From an uncultured Oscillospiraceae bacterium (GTDB taxonomy: Bacteria; Bacillota; Clostridia; Oscillospirales; Oscillospiraceae): a stretch of DNA of 64,000 bases. A model generated the notes under the pieces. The model had not been told where the DNA came from, did no database searches, and worked only from the letters and a program-made list of their open reading frames with translations. Every line of letters starts with the position of its first letter. The stretch's first letter is position 1. Shown in pieces: positions 49,424 to 57,695 of this stretch. The stretch is from assembly GCA_964624925.1 (NCBI GenBank), contig CAZUYE010000002.1, forward strand, positions 688 through 64,687, in the 5' to 3' direction. A program made the position numbers and the translations under genes.

Positions 49424-50196
49424 TGACGTTTTTCCGCGACCTCTGGGCGCAGCTGCTGGACTACCTCTCTCTCTATGAAAAGCTCATCACCGGGAGCTAT
49501 TACGGCGACCTCTTTGGCCGCTACTTCTCCTTCAGCGGCTTCATCGTGGGCCTGATCTTCGTGCTGCTGGTGTATTTTTCCAGCACCGACGCCAACAAAA
49601 AGACCGGCTTTTTCAAGGTGCTGCCCTTCATCGCCGTGATCAACAGCTGCGCCGTGCTGCTGCTTTTCTTCGGCGGCGATCTGCACCAGGGCTATGTCTT
49701 CCAGGACGTGGACGCCCTCTATAACTACCCAGACAATCTCCTCTCCGGCTTTTTGCTGACGCTGGTGCTTTGCTCCTGCTACCGGGGCATGGGCGGCCGG
49801 GCCTTCCTGTTCGGCCTGTCTGCCCACATCGCCCTGCCCCTGCTGCATCTGCGGGATATCGGCCAGTTCAACGACTTTCTGCCCTTCCTGTATCTGCTGC
49901 TGCGGCTGCTGCTGGTGGGCTTTGTCTGCCTCATCATCAGCCACCGCCGATACTTCTTCACCAGCTGGATCTGGTACTTCGGCTTCCATATGCTCCTGCG
50001 CACGGCGGCCTACTTCCTGCCCCTTCTGTGCCGGGAGCTGGAGCTCCAGACCGCGTACTACCCCGGCTACACCGTCCGCAGTGCCCTGCGCTATTTCTCC
50101 GGCTTCACCGTGGATGCCATCGCCTTCCTGGTGGTGCTGGCCTTTGCCATCGTATTTGAAAAGGCCGTCCTGCGCAGACCCAAAAGAGCCCTGTAA
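49420..50196 (+). CDS. Multi-pass membrane protein
   Basis: About 7 hydrophobic segments; ATGA overlap with previous gene. Confidence 0.75.
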   Translation: MMTFFRDLWAQLLDYLSLYEKLITGSYYGDLFGRYFSFSGFIVGLIFVLLVYFSSTDANKKTGFFKVLPFIAVINSCAVLLLFFGGDLHQGYVFQDVDALYNYPDNLLSGFLLTLVLCSCYRGMGGRAFLFGLSAHIALPLLHLRDIGQFNDFLPFLYLLLRLLLVGFVCLIISHRRYFFTSWIWYFGFHMLLRTAAYFLPLLCRELELQTAYYPGYTVRSALRYFSGFTVDAIAFLVVLAFAIVFEKAVLRRPKRAL

Positions 50197-50214
50197 TCCC
50201 TTCGGAGGTGCTGT

Positions 50215-50586
50215 ATGAGAACCGTCGGCAATATACTGTGGATCCTCTTTGGCGGCGCGCTGCTGGCCCTGCTGTGGGCCCTGGCCGGGCTGCTGTGCTG
50301 CCTGACGGTGGTGGGGATCCCCCTGGGCCTGCAGTGCTTCAAGTTCGCAGGCTTTGTCCTGCGCCCCTTTGGCCGCACTGTGGTCTACAGCAGCCGCACC
50401 GGCCATTTTCTGGTGAATCTGCTGTGGCTGCTGCTGTGCGGCTGGGAGCTGGCCGTGGCATCCCTCTGCGTGGGGGCACTGTGGTGCCTGACCATCGTGG
50501 GCATCCCCTTCGGCCTGCAGAGCATCAAATTCGCCCAGCTGGCCGCCATGCCCTTCGGGGCCCAGGTGGTTCGGGCCCCCGTGTGA
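50215..50586 (+). CDS. YccF-domain inner membrane protein
   Basis: Duplicated GNILWILFGG...CLTVVGIPLG..FK.A...PFG unit. Confidence 0.9.
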   Translation: MRTVGNILWILFGGALLALLWALAGLLCCLTVVGIPLGLQCFKFAGFVLRPFGRTVVYSSRTGHFLVNLLWLLLCGWELAVASLCVGALWCLTIVGIPFGLQSIKFAQLAAMPFGAQVVRAPV

Positions 50587-50616
50587 TATGCGATCTGTGC
50601 GAAAGGAGGTATTCCC

Positions 50617-51300
50617 ATGCGTGATGCAGGCAGCGATGTCAGTTCCAGCCCGGAAAACGACGTCCGCGATGTAAACGAGACCCATCCGCCCGAGGCGGAA
50701 CAGCCGGATGACGAGCTGTCCGCCGAGCTGGACAGCAAGTACGACGAATATATTCAGGAGGGCAAGCTCTACTCCTTCGAAAAGTCGGATGACAAGCTGG
50801 AGGACGAGGATGAGAACCCCTATCAGCACTACATCGACGAGGGCGAGGTCAACGAGCGCCCCCCGGAGGGCCTCACCGACGTGGAAAAGACCAGCCTGAA
50901 GGAGGAGACCGGCTGGTCAGATGAGGTGGTCAACTCCATGCGCTCCCCGGAGGAGGCGGCGATCTACAAGAACGCCAACCTGAAGGAGGCAGAGATCGAC
51001 GGCCGCCCCTGCCTGATCCGTGAGGATATCCCCATGGATCAAAAGGACGAGTTTGGCCGCACCAACCGCCAGCGCATGGAAAACGGCAACGCGCCCCTGA
51101 CCGCCTCCGGGGAAACGGTGGAGCTCCACCACATCGGCCAGCGGCAGGACAGCCCCCTGGCCGAGCTGACCACCCAGGAACACCGCGGCAAGGGCAACGA
51201 CGCCGTTATGCACGACAAGAACGTCCAGTCGGAGATCGATCGGAGCGCGTTCGCCACCGAGCGCAAGCACCACTGGGAGAGCCGTGCGGAATCCGCATGA
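50617..51300 (+). CDS. LHH-family HNH/EndoVII nuclease toxin with acidic N-terminal leader
   Basis: TNRQRMENGNAP...VELHHIGQRQDSPLAELTTQEH...F..ERKHHWE.RA. Confidence 0.92.
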   Translation: MRDAGSDVSSSPENDVRDVNETHPPEAEQPDDELSAELDSKYDEYIQEGKLYSFEKSDDKLEDEDENPYQHYIDEGEVNERPPEGLTDVEKTSLKEETGWSDEVVNSMRSPEEAAIYKNANLKEAEIDGRPCLIREDIPMDQKDEFGRTNRQRMENGNAPLTASGETVELHHIGQRQDSPLAELTTQEHRGKGNDAVMHDKNVQSEIDRSAFATERKHHWESRAESA

Positions 51301-51316
51301 GCAGGGAGGATACGAC

Positions 51317-51715
51317 ATGGAACAGATCATTCGTCTCATCAGCGATCTGGAGGATATGCGTCACCTGATGCCGGCTTCCGCCGCCCAGGTACGGGAGGCG
51401 GAGCAGGCCCTGGGCCTACGCTTTGCGCCGGACTATGCGGCGTATGTGCAGACCTACGGGGCCATCTCCGCCCGGGGCATCGAGCTCACCGGTGTCACCC
51501 AGCACCAGCGCCTCAGCGTGACAGCGGTAACGCAGCAGGAACGGGCCCTAAACCCGCTGCTGCCGCGGCATATGTACGTCATTGAGAACATCGGCATCGA
51601 CGGTCTCCTGGTCCTGCAGGATGAGAGCGGCCGGGTCTATACCATCGCGCCGAACCAGCCGCCGCAGCCGCTGTGCGACAGTCTGAGCGACTATGTGGCG
51701 CGTTCTGGCTTCTAA
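51317..51715 (+). CDS. SMI1/KNR4 (SUKH) immunity protein
   Basis: PASAAQVREAEQALGLRFAPDYAAYVQTYG...SLSDYV; immediately after toxin; RBS GGAGGA. Confidence 0.9.
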   Translation: MEQIIRLISDLEDMRHLMPASAAQVREAEQALGLRFAPDYAAYVQTYGAISARGIELTGVTQHQRLSVTAVTQQERALNPLLPRHMYVIENIGIDGLLVLQDESGRVYTIAPNQPPQPLCDSLSDYVARSGF

Positions 51716-51721
51716 GCCGCC

Positions 51722-51756
51722 CGTATCCCGCCGTCCGCCCCGGGCGGCGGGATACG
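51722..51756 (+). terminator. Hairpin closing the cluster
   Basis: CGTATCCCGCCGTCC-loop-GGGCGGCGGGATACG. Confidence 0.7.
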
Positions 51757-51788
51757 CCAAGAAATTTTCAAAGATTGCAAGAAAAGTA

Positions 51789-51817
51789 TTGACAAACGCC
51801 GCCGCATCGTGTAGAAT
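51789..51817 (+). promoter_or_regulatory. tRNA promoter
   Basis: TTGACA-17bp-TAGAAT. Confidence 0.8.
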
Positions 51818-51829
51818 ACATACTGTTCC

Positions 51830-51905
51830 GCGCGGTTAGCTCAGCTGGTAGAGCACATGCTTGACGTGCATGGGGTCACAGGTTCGAGTCCTGTACCGCG
51901 CACCA
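51830..51905 (+). tRNA. tRNA-Val(GAC)
   Basis: 76-nt cloverleaf: acceptor GCGCGGT/ACCGCGC, anticodon stem CATGC/GCATG with GAC at 51863-51865, GGTTCGAGTCC, encoded CCA. Confidence 0.97.
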
Positions 51906-51966
51906 TCCTCAAAAGCCCTGAAAACACTACGTTTTCGGGGCTTTCGTTATTTTGACGAACTTGCAG
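51858..51966 (+). repeat. attL-like 109-bp direct repeat
   Basis: Identical to 56344-56452; starts in the tRNA anticodon arm and includes the tRNA terminator. Confidence 0.93.
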
Positions 51967-52071
51967 CATTACCCGCTTGGCCGGGTGTGTCATTTTCGGC
52001 CCAAAAATACGACATTTCGATTACGACAAGAGAGGCAGCACCGCATTTTTATGGTGCTGCCTCTCTTTGTC

Positions 52072-52452
52072 TTATGTGTCTATTTTTTCGTCAGTCCGGC
52101 ACATGAGATAATCCAAACTGACACCGTAGATATCAGCCAAACGCACAAGCGCTTCTGCACTTGCTTCATTCCTGCCGACTTCATATCCTGACAGGGTTGT
52201 AAAGCCTACTCCTATCCTGTCCGCTATCTCCTGCTGTCTCAGGCCGCTTTCCAGTCGTAATGCATGAAGCCTTTCTGCTATGTCCTGCTTACGCTGCTTC
52301 CTGCACTGTGCGTAATCACTGGCTGCTGAATATTCGCCTTTGGCTTCTTCCATCAGGTTATGCAGCGCTTCTTTTGTGCTTGCCTCTGGATTGCTGCCGA
52401 TCCGCTTGCCCTTCTGGAATGTTTCTCTCATGAAGTCCTTCATATCGCTCAT
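52072..52452 (-). CDS. XRE-family repressor
   Basis: RLHALRLESGLRQQEIADRIGV..TLSGYEVG...LADIYGVSLDYL. Confidence 0.85.
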   Translation of the reverse strand: MSDMKDFMRETFQKGKRIGSNPEASTKEALHNLMEEAKGEYSAASDYAQCRKQRKQDIAERLHALRLESGLRQQEIADRIGVGFTTLSGYEVGRNEASAEALVRLADIYGVSLDYLMCRTDEKIDT

Positions 52453-52507
52453 GCTATCACCTCTTTGCTCCATTGTACCAGTTATTCCCGACTGGTGCAA
52501 TCTTTTT

Positions 52508-52584
52508 TACACGATACGAATACTTTTGCTTGACATTACACGATTCGCGTAGTAGTATTTGAGATAAGCTATACGATTCGTGTA
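52508..52584. promoter_or_regulatory. Three 15-bp palindromic operators overlapping the rep promoter
   Basis: TACACGATACGAATA 52508, TACACGATTCGCGTA 52537, TATACGATTCGTGTA 52570; TTGACA(52530)-17bp-TAGTAT. Confidence 0.75.
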
Positions 52585-52608
52585 GTGCTATACGGTTCAG
52601 TTATCATT

Positions 52609-52756
52609 AGAGGCGTAGAAACTCGCCTCGTCAGAGGCGAATTTCGATACGCCTCAATTCCTTATTCTCTCGTTTCTTATGCCCGCAGGCATCAGAGGCA
52701 TAGAAACTCGCCTCGCCAGAGGCGAATTTCGATATGCCGTTCAACTCCTTATTCTC
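52609..52756 (+). repeat. Two ~60-bp direct repeats, each a long hairpin
   Basis: AGAGGC(G/A)TAGAAACTCGCCTCG(T/C)CAGAGGCGAATTTCGATA(C/T)GCC at 52609 and 52694. Confidence 0.85.
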
Positions 52757-52950
52757 GTCAATGATGAAACTTCTCGATAACTGAGCCGTTTCGTTCGTTG
52801 ACGGCCTGGAAGGGATGAGGTTTGCATTACTTCCTCTTCCTTGCCTGGTCTTGATAAAAAAACTTTTCGATAACTGAGCCGCAGCAGTGCCCGCTGCTGT
52901 TTCTCTTACTTGATATTACAACAAATTGGTGTCACTTGGAGGTGAAACAC

Positions 52951-53562
52951 ATGAAAATGCTTCGAGCTACTCAAGCCGAAATCACTGCAAATGCCAGGGA
53001 AAAGGTATATCCAAACTGCATCATTCTGCAAGTCAGTAATGCTTCAATCTTCCGTGAACCCGGCTGGGAGCCTTGCAAGCGTCTGTATGATGTTTCTCCC
53101 AGTGGAGAGGGTAAAGACCCGGAGCGTTCCGAACAGGTCAGCAGAGCACGCGCAAAGTCCAAAGTGAAGGACATTGCTTTGCTCAACAACTTCGAATACT
53201 TCTTTACCTGGACGCTAGACCCCTCCAAAATTGACCGCTACGACACAGGGGCAGTAAAGAAGAAGGTCTTTGATTTTCTCAAGAACATGGTTAAACGCAA
53301 GGGCTTTGCCTATGTCATCGTTCCTGAGCTGCACAAGGATGGTGCTATCCATTTTCATGGTCTTTGCAAGCTGGGTAGTCTCTGTATTGTACCGGCTGCA
53401 AATGCCCATACCGGTGAAGTCCTGACCACTGAGCGTGGGCAAATCATTTACAATATGCTGGATTGGAAGCTGGGCTTCTCGACCTGTATTCCCATTGATG
53501 AAAACTATGAGAAAGCTTGCAATTATGTATTCCCAGCTCTGCACAGCAGTCTCTTACCGTGA
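52951..53562 (+). pseudogene. Rolling-circle HUH replication initiator, truncated at motif III
   Basis: Motif I FFTWT, motif II VPELHKDGAIHFHGL, then KACNYV fused to unrelated sequence at ~53529. Confidence 0.75.
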
Positions 53563-54070
53563 CGTTACCGGCTCTTTGCCGCTCATAAAGGCTTCTAAAA
53601 TGCGCAGGGTCAACGTTTGCCCTTGGCCGACCAAATCCACGCCCCGTCTTTCTGGAAACCTTCCTGCCGCCTACAACGGGCATTGCGGCGATACTTTCCC
53701 TTTGCCGCTCCAGCATCACCTCCCGTTCAAACTGATTCATCCCTGCAATGAACGTCAGCAGCATTCGCCCCGCCGCCGTCGTTGTGTCTATCGTTTCTTT
53801 CTTGCTGACAAAGCCCACGCCCATATCATTCAGGCGCTCTACCGTCTCTAACAGATCGTGGGTGCTCCTGCTCATCCTGCTGTAGCTTTCTACCACTACA
53901 ACATCACCGCGCCGGAGTGTGTCCATCATTTCCCGAAACTCTGGTCTGTCCGTATCCTTGCCCGTGCATTTGTCTACAAACATACGGTCTACTCCCAGCT
54001 CCTGCATGAGCACTTCCTGGCGCGTCGTGTCCTGGCGCGCGGTGGATACCCGTACATACCCGTACCGCAT
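53444..54070 (-). pseudogene. Serine resolvase/invertase with C-terminal HTH broken at ~53529
   Basis: MRYGYVRVSTARQ, DRPEF, SRMSRS, DTTTAAGR, FERE, GFGRP. Confidence 0.85.
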
Positions 54071-54294
54071 CACCACACCTCGTACCCGTCCTTGGGCATC
54101 CTCGCCCCCCTCGGAATCGCTACAACCTTGTAGTCCAGCGCCCGGAGCATACTCCCTAAATTCTTGCTGGTAAGGTTGTCACCCCTTAAACGCTCGTTTA
54201 ACGCCCCTGCTGTCATATTGAGCCTGGCCGCAAGCCCCTTCTGGCTTACTTCCTGCTTTTTCAATACCGCCCTCACTACTTCCGTCGCTGTCAT
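54070..54294 (-). CDS. Small HTH protein
   Basis: VSQKGLAARLNMTAGALNERL; TGATG coupling to resolvase. Confidence 0.7.
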   Translation of the reverse strand: MTATEVVRAVLKKQEVSQKGLAARLNMTAGALNERLRGDNLTSKNLGSMLRALDYKVVAIPRGARMPKDGYEVW

Positions 54295-54595
54295 ACAGCC
54301 GCCTCCTTTCATCTGCTATAGATGATAGCACAAATCAGGAGGATAGTCAAGAAAAATCTTGATTATTTTTCACTTTTATTTTTTGCGGCGGTTGAGGGGA
54401 TTACCGGGGCCGTGTGCTGGTTGCCATATCCCCCCGCCCGGGGCCATCGTGCGGCGGCCCGTCGTGTCCGTAAAACTGTACTTTTGCGGGCACCCAGAAA
54501 GCCAAAGGAAAACCTTGATTTTACGATGAAAATGCTTGACAAAACAAGCTTTATCTGGTACAATGTATTCGTACAAGAAAAAGGAGGTGAAACGC

Positions 54596-54742
54596 ATGGG
54601 AACGGAGGCCGAACGGCAGGACACTAGGAAGGCTATGGCGTATGATCTGAACAAACTTTACAGGCAGCATTTTGATGAAGAAATCTGCAAGAAGATCGCC
54701 GCAATCCAGGATCAGTATTTGGAGACGGCGAACCAGAAGTAA
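54596..54742 (+). CDS. 48-aa phage-like hypothetical protein
   Basis: Perfect RBS AAGGAGGTGA; upstream TTGACA...TACAAT promoter. Confidence 0.6.
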   Translation: MGTEAERQDTRKAMAYDLNKLYRQHFDEEICKKIAAIQDQYLETANQK

Positions 54743-54752
54743 GCCCGGGCAG

Positions 54753-54879
54753 GAAAAAGCCCATGGACTGCTGCAACAGTCCATGGGCGGCCCCAAACCA
54801 TTTTTGGAGATGACTGCCTTGCGGCGGGTCGGGCTTGGAGGACGCGGTTATTATAGTCCTCCGGCGCTCCAATTGTCAA
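54753..54879 (-). ncRNA. Candidate ~90-nt antisense sRNA (span includes its promoter)
   Basis: Minus-strand TTGACA(54879)-18bp-TATAAT(54855) facing hairpin 54759-54788 plus U5. Confidence 0.5.
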
Positions 54880-54907
54880 TAGTCGATTTTTTTAGGAGGA
54901 CGAAAAA

Positions 54908-55294
54908 ATGAAAGCTACCATCATCACCAGCGACAACGGCGTGCGTCTGTCTGATCGCAAGGATCGCCACTATTACGGCGGCTATATCGGGCTGGCCCTA
55001 AAGGACGGCACCGCCGTGCCGACGGTCGCCCTCAAATTATACGCCACCGACTCCCGCGCTTACTGCTGCGTTTAGCTGGCCGGGGATGTGCACCAGTCCG
55101 GCAGCGCCCACGCGGGCGGCTATGGATACCACCGGGCCAGCACCGCAGCGGGGAGCGCCCTCCGGGCTGCGGGCGTGTCCCTGTCCGAGGACATCGACGG
55201 TCGCGGGGATGGTGCCATCCGGGACGCCGTGGAGGCCATAGCCGCCGCGATGTATCCCGGCTGTACCGTCCACGTCGTACACGCTCACGCGTGA
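54908..55294 (+). pseudogene. Phage-like gene with in-frame TAG at 55073
   Basis: RBS AGGAGG; MKATIITS...YCCV*LAGDVHQSGSAHAGGYGYHRAS in one frame. Confidence 0.65.
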
Positions 55295-55389
55295 GGGGTG
55301 CGCCTATGATCTGGATTCTAGCCACCCTGGGCGCCGCCGCCCTGGCAACAATCACGATTAACATTATCGATTTTTTGGAGGGCTGAAAA

Positions 55390-55578
55390 ATGGACATCAC
55401 GCAACTTACAACAGATCGCCTCCTCGAGGTGCTGCAATGGATTGCCGATCGATATCGCTATCGCGCGCAATGCGGTAGGCTAAGAGGGGGCGCAACTCAG
55501 GCAGAGGACAAACGGGTGGAAGCGCTCGCCCTATCGGAACTCCGGCGGCGCGGGTATCCCCGTCCGAAAGGGTGGTGA
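55390..55578 (+). CDS. Phage-like hypothetical protein
   Basis: RBS GGAGG; part of a small-ORF run ending in a terminator at 55652-55688. Confidence 0.5.
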   Translation: MDITQLTTDRLLEVLQWIADRYRYRAQCGRLRGGATQAEDKRVEALALSELRRRGYPRPKGW

Positions 55579-55961
55579 TACGATGCTCTTTCTCTTCGCC
55601 CTCCTGCTGCCGCTGTTCGTTCTCCTTGATTTGGGCCGCCGCTGATATGTTACCCGTCCCGGGTGTCCCGGGGCGGGTTCTTTTTTTGCCGTTTTATAGA
55701 CGCTTGCAAAAGCCTGTACAACCTTCCTTTCTCCGCAGGAGCAGAAATCGTCATCGTATGCCGTACAGTCACGCTTGTCGCAATGATTCGTAGCACACTC
55801 ATCTGCCCATAGCGCATAGTGCTTGCAGTCTTTGCAATAGCAGACCTCGACGGCATCCACGACGGCCTGGCACTCCGAAATCATGACCATCACATCGGCG
55901 ACAGCACCAATCAGAGAGATTTGCTTGTCCTCCTCGACGATGGGGAGCTTGGCAATCAGCT

Positions 55962-56337
55962 CCGCACTGTACCGCTTCTGCCGGAACTTGCTTACCGTTT
56001 GCAGCATCTCCCGCATACCGGAGAATATCTGTTCAGTACGCAGAATGGTACCCTGCTCCATCCCCGAAATTTCAGCCGGGATTATGCCGCCTTTTTCCGT
56101 CAGCTGAGAGAGTCGGAGCCGTCTGTACGCTGCTTGTCTCCGCATTGCTGCCGTCATACCTTTGCCACCCTGACCAGAACAGCCGGTGCCGATATTCGGG
56201 TAATTCAGGAACTTCTCGGTCATACCGATATCAAGACCACAGCCAGATATTCCCATGCTGACCTTACCAGTATGACCATTGCGGTTGATGGTTTGAAGGC
56301 TGCTATTTCTGCGGAGAATCGTAGAATCTCGCATTGA
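55962..56337 (+). pseudogene. Tyrosine integrase C-terminal fragment
   Basis: RTVPL...PHCCRHTFAT...IQELLGHTDIKTTARYSH; ends 6 bp before attR; N-terminal part missing. Confidence 0.88.
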
Positions 56338-56343
56338 CCCTAT

Positions 56344-56452
56344 TGCTTGACGTGCATGGGGTCACAGGTTCGAGTCCTGTACCGCGCACCATCCTCAAAA
56401 GCCCTGAAAACACTACGTTTTCGGGGCTTTCGTTATTTTGACGAACTTGCAG
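56344..56452 (+). repeat. attR-like 109-bp direct repeat (3' part of tRNA-Val)
   Basis: Identical to 51858-51966. Confidence 0.93.
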
Positions 56453-56549
56453 GCTGTTCGTAACGCGTTAGTAACGTCAGCCCGTCCCCTGCCCGCTCAT
56501 ATCGCTCACAAAAAATGAACCCTTCCGCCATCAGATCAAGGCAGAAGGG

Positions 56550-56855
56550 TCATTTCATGTTGTCGATCAGGTCTGCGATCAACTGCTTTTGTGGCTTGGT
56601 CAGCGCTGCCCATTGCCGGAACATCCGCATCTGCTCCTCCGTCAGCTCCACGAGCTGCTCCTGTTCGGCAAAGAACTGGGCCAGCGTCATGCCAAAGCCG
56701 CCGCAGATCAGCTCCAGCGTGGGGATGGTGGGGGCCGTTTGCCGGCGAAACATATTGGTCACCGTGGACAGGGGGAGATTGGCCTCCTTAGCCAGCTTGT
56801 ACTCCGTCCACCCGCGCTGGGCCATGAGCTGCTGAATTTTTTGTAACGTATCCAT
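56550..56855 (-). CDS. XRE-family HTH regulator
   Basis: RGWTEYKLAKEANLPLSTVTNMFRRQTAPTIPTLELIC. Confidence 0.85.
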   Translation of the reverse strand: MDTLQKIQQLMAQRGWTEYKLAKEANLPLSTVTNMFRRQTAPTIPTLELICGGFGMTLAQFFAEQEQLVELTEEQMRMFRQWAALTKPQKQLIADLIDNMK

Positions 56856-57062
56856 AACACCCTCCTGTGCATATTATAATACCCATCTGAAGCATACTTC
56901 TATGCTACATCAGGGTGTAAAATATATCGCAAAGGGGTTGACATTGGGCAGGACAATGCACTATGATTTATAAACAGCAGGATATGTTAGCATATGCGAT
57001 GCATAACGCAGGCTACGAGTTTTGCCCCGCAGAGGACGGGGCATGATGAAAGCGAGGATCAC

Positions 57063-57596
57063 ATGATGGGGATGATAACCAACCAGGTTCAGGTGTATGT
57101 GCTTCCCAAAACCGGCCCGGGCATCTTTTTCGGCTATGCCCTGGCCGACGAAATTTGCGCAGAGCTGACGCGGGATGAGACCCTTTTTGCAGATGTTCCG
57201 ACCACCGGCCAGTTACTTGAGCGCCTGGGCTACGGATTCCGGGACTATTGGGCCAATGAAGATACTGACGGCCGAGTCAATTTTCTGGACGTGCTGTTTG
57301 AGATGTACCGGACGGACGAAGCTTGCGATGGCAGCAGCGGCAATGCGACATATGACGCATTTTCTTCCCGTGTCGCAGCCCTGGCCCTGTCGGACATCCG
57401 GGCGGTAGTTCTCATGACCGACGAGCAGCTGGAGAGCAGAGACCGGACTTTTTCCTGGATCCGCTACGATCTGATGGGTGGAAAGGCGACCACCGGTACA
57501 GGCACAGGTGTCTACACAGGCACCGGCCGCTACAATCCCGCTGCCTGCAGCCCCTCGGCGGAGGTGTATATCGCCGCCGTGGCCGAAGGGGACTAA
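57063..57596 (+). CDS. Hypothetical protein
   Basis: ORF divergent from XRE; start uncertain. Confidence 0.5.
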   Translation: MMGMITNQVQVYVLPKTGPGIFFGYALADEICAELTRDETLFADVPTTGQLLERLGYGFRDYWANEDTDGRVNFLDVLFEMYRTDEACDGSSGNATYDAFSSRVAALALSDIRAVVLMTDEQLESRDRTFSWIRYDLMGGKATTGTGTGVYTGTGRYNPAACSPSAEVYIAAVAEGD

Positions 57597-57695
57597 GCCC
57601 CGCCGAAAAAAATTGCTTTTCCTCCCCAGTCGTGATACACTTACATCCGTAAAACATTCGTGGCCCGGCCACAGGATACGCAGGAGGACAAGTAA

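Larger units (their letters stand above)
51858..56452. mobile_element. Decayed mosaic integrative element in tRNA-Val
   Basis: Flanking direct repeats, visibly lower GC in parts, XRE, truncated HUH Rep, serine resolvase, phage-like ORFs, integrase C-terminal fragment. Confidence 0.88.

Noticed and set aside
43095-51715. Type VII (Esx/LXG) secretion locus
   Set aside because: Small proteins have no WXG motif, the ATPase has one HerA-type domain rather than EssC tandem FtsK domains, the toxin has no LXG domain, and YxxxD/E is not consistent
29062-51715. Large cluster being cargo of the tRNA-Val element
   Set aside because: It lies 5' of the tRNA, outside the att repeats; no integrase or flanking repeat seen; codon style looks native
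52609-52881. CRISPR array
   Set aside because: Only two copies of each repeat, irregular spacing, no cas genes
55073-55075. Stop-codon recoding (TAG readthrough) in a phage-like gene
   Set aside because: Single instance in a decayed element; a TGG-to-TAG nonsense mutation is simpler
56344-56391. Second tRNA-Val gene
   Set aside because: Lacks the 5' acceptor strand and D arm; it is the att duplicate
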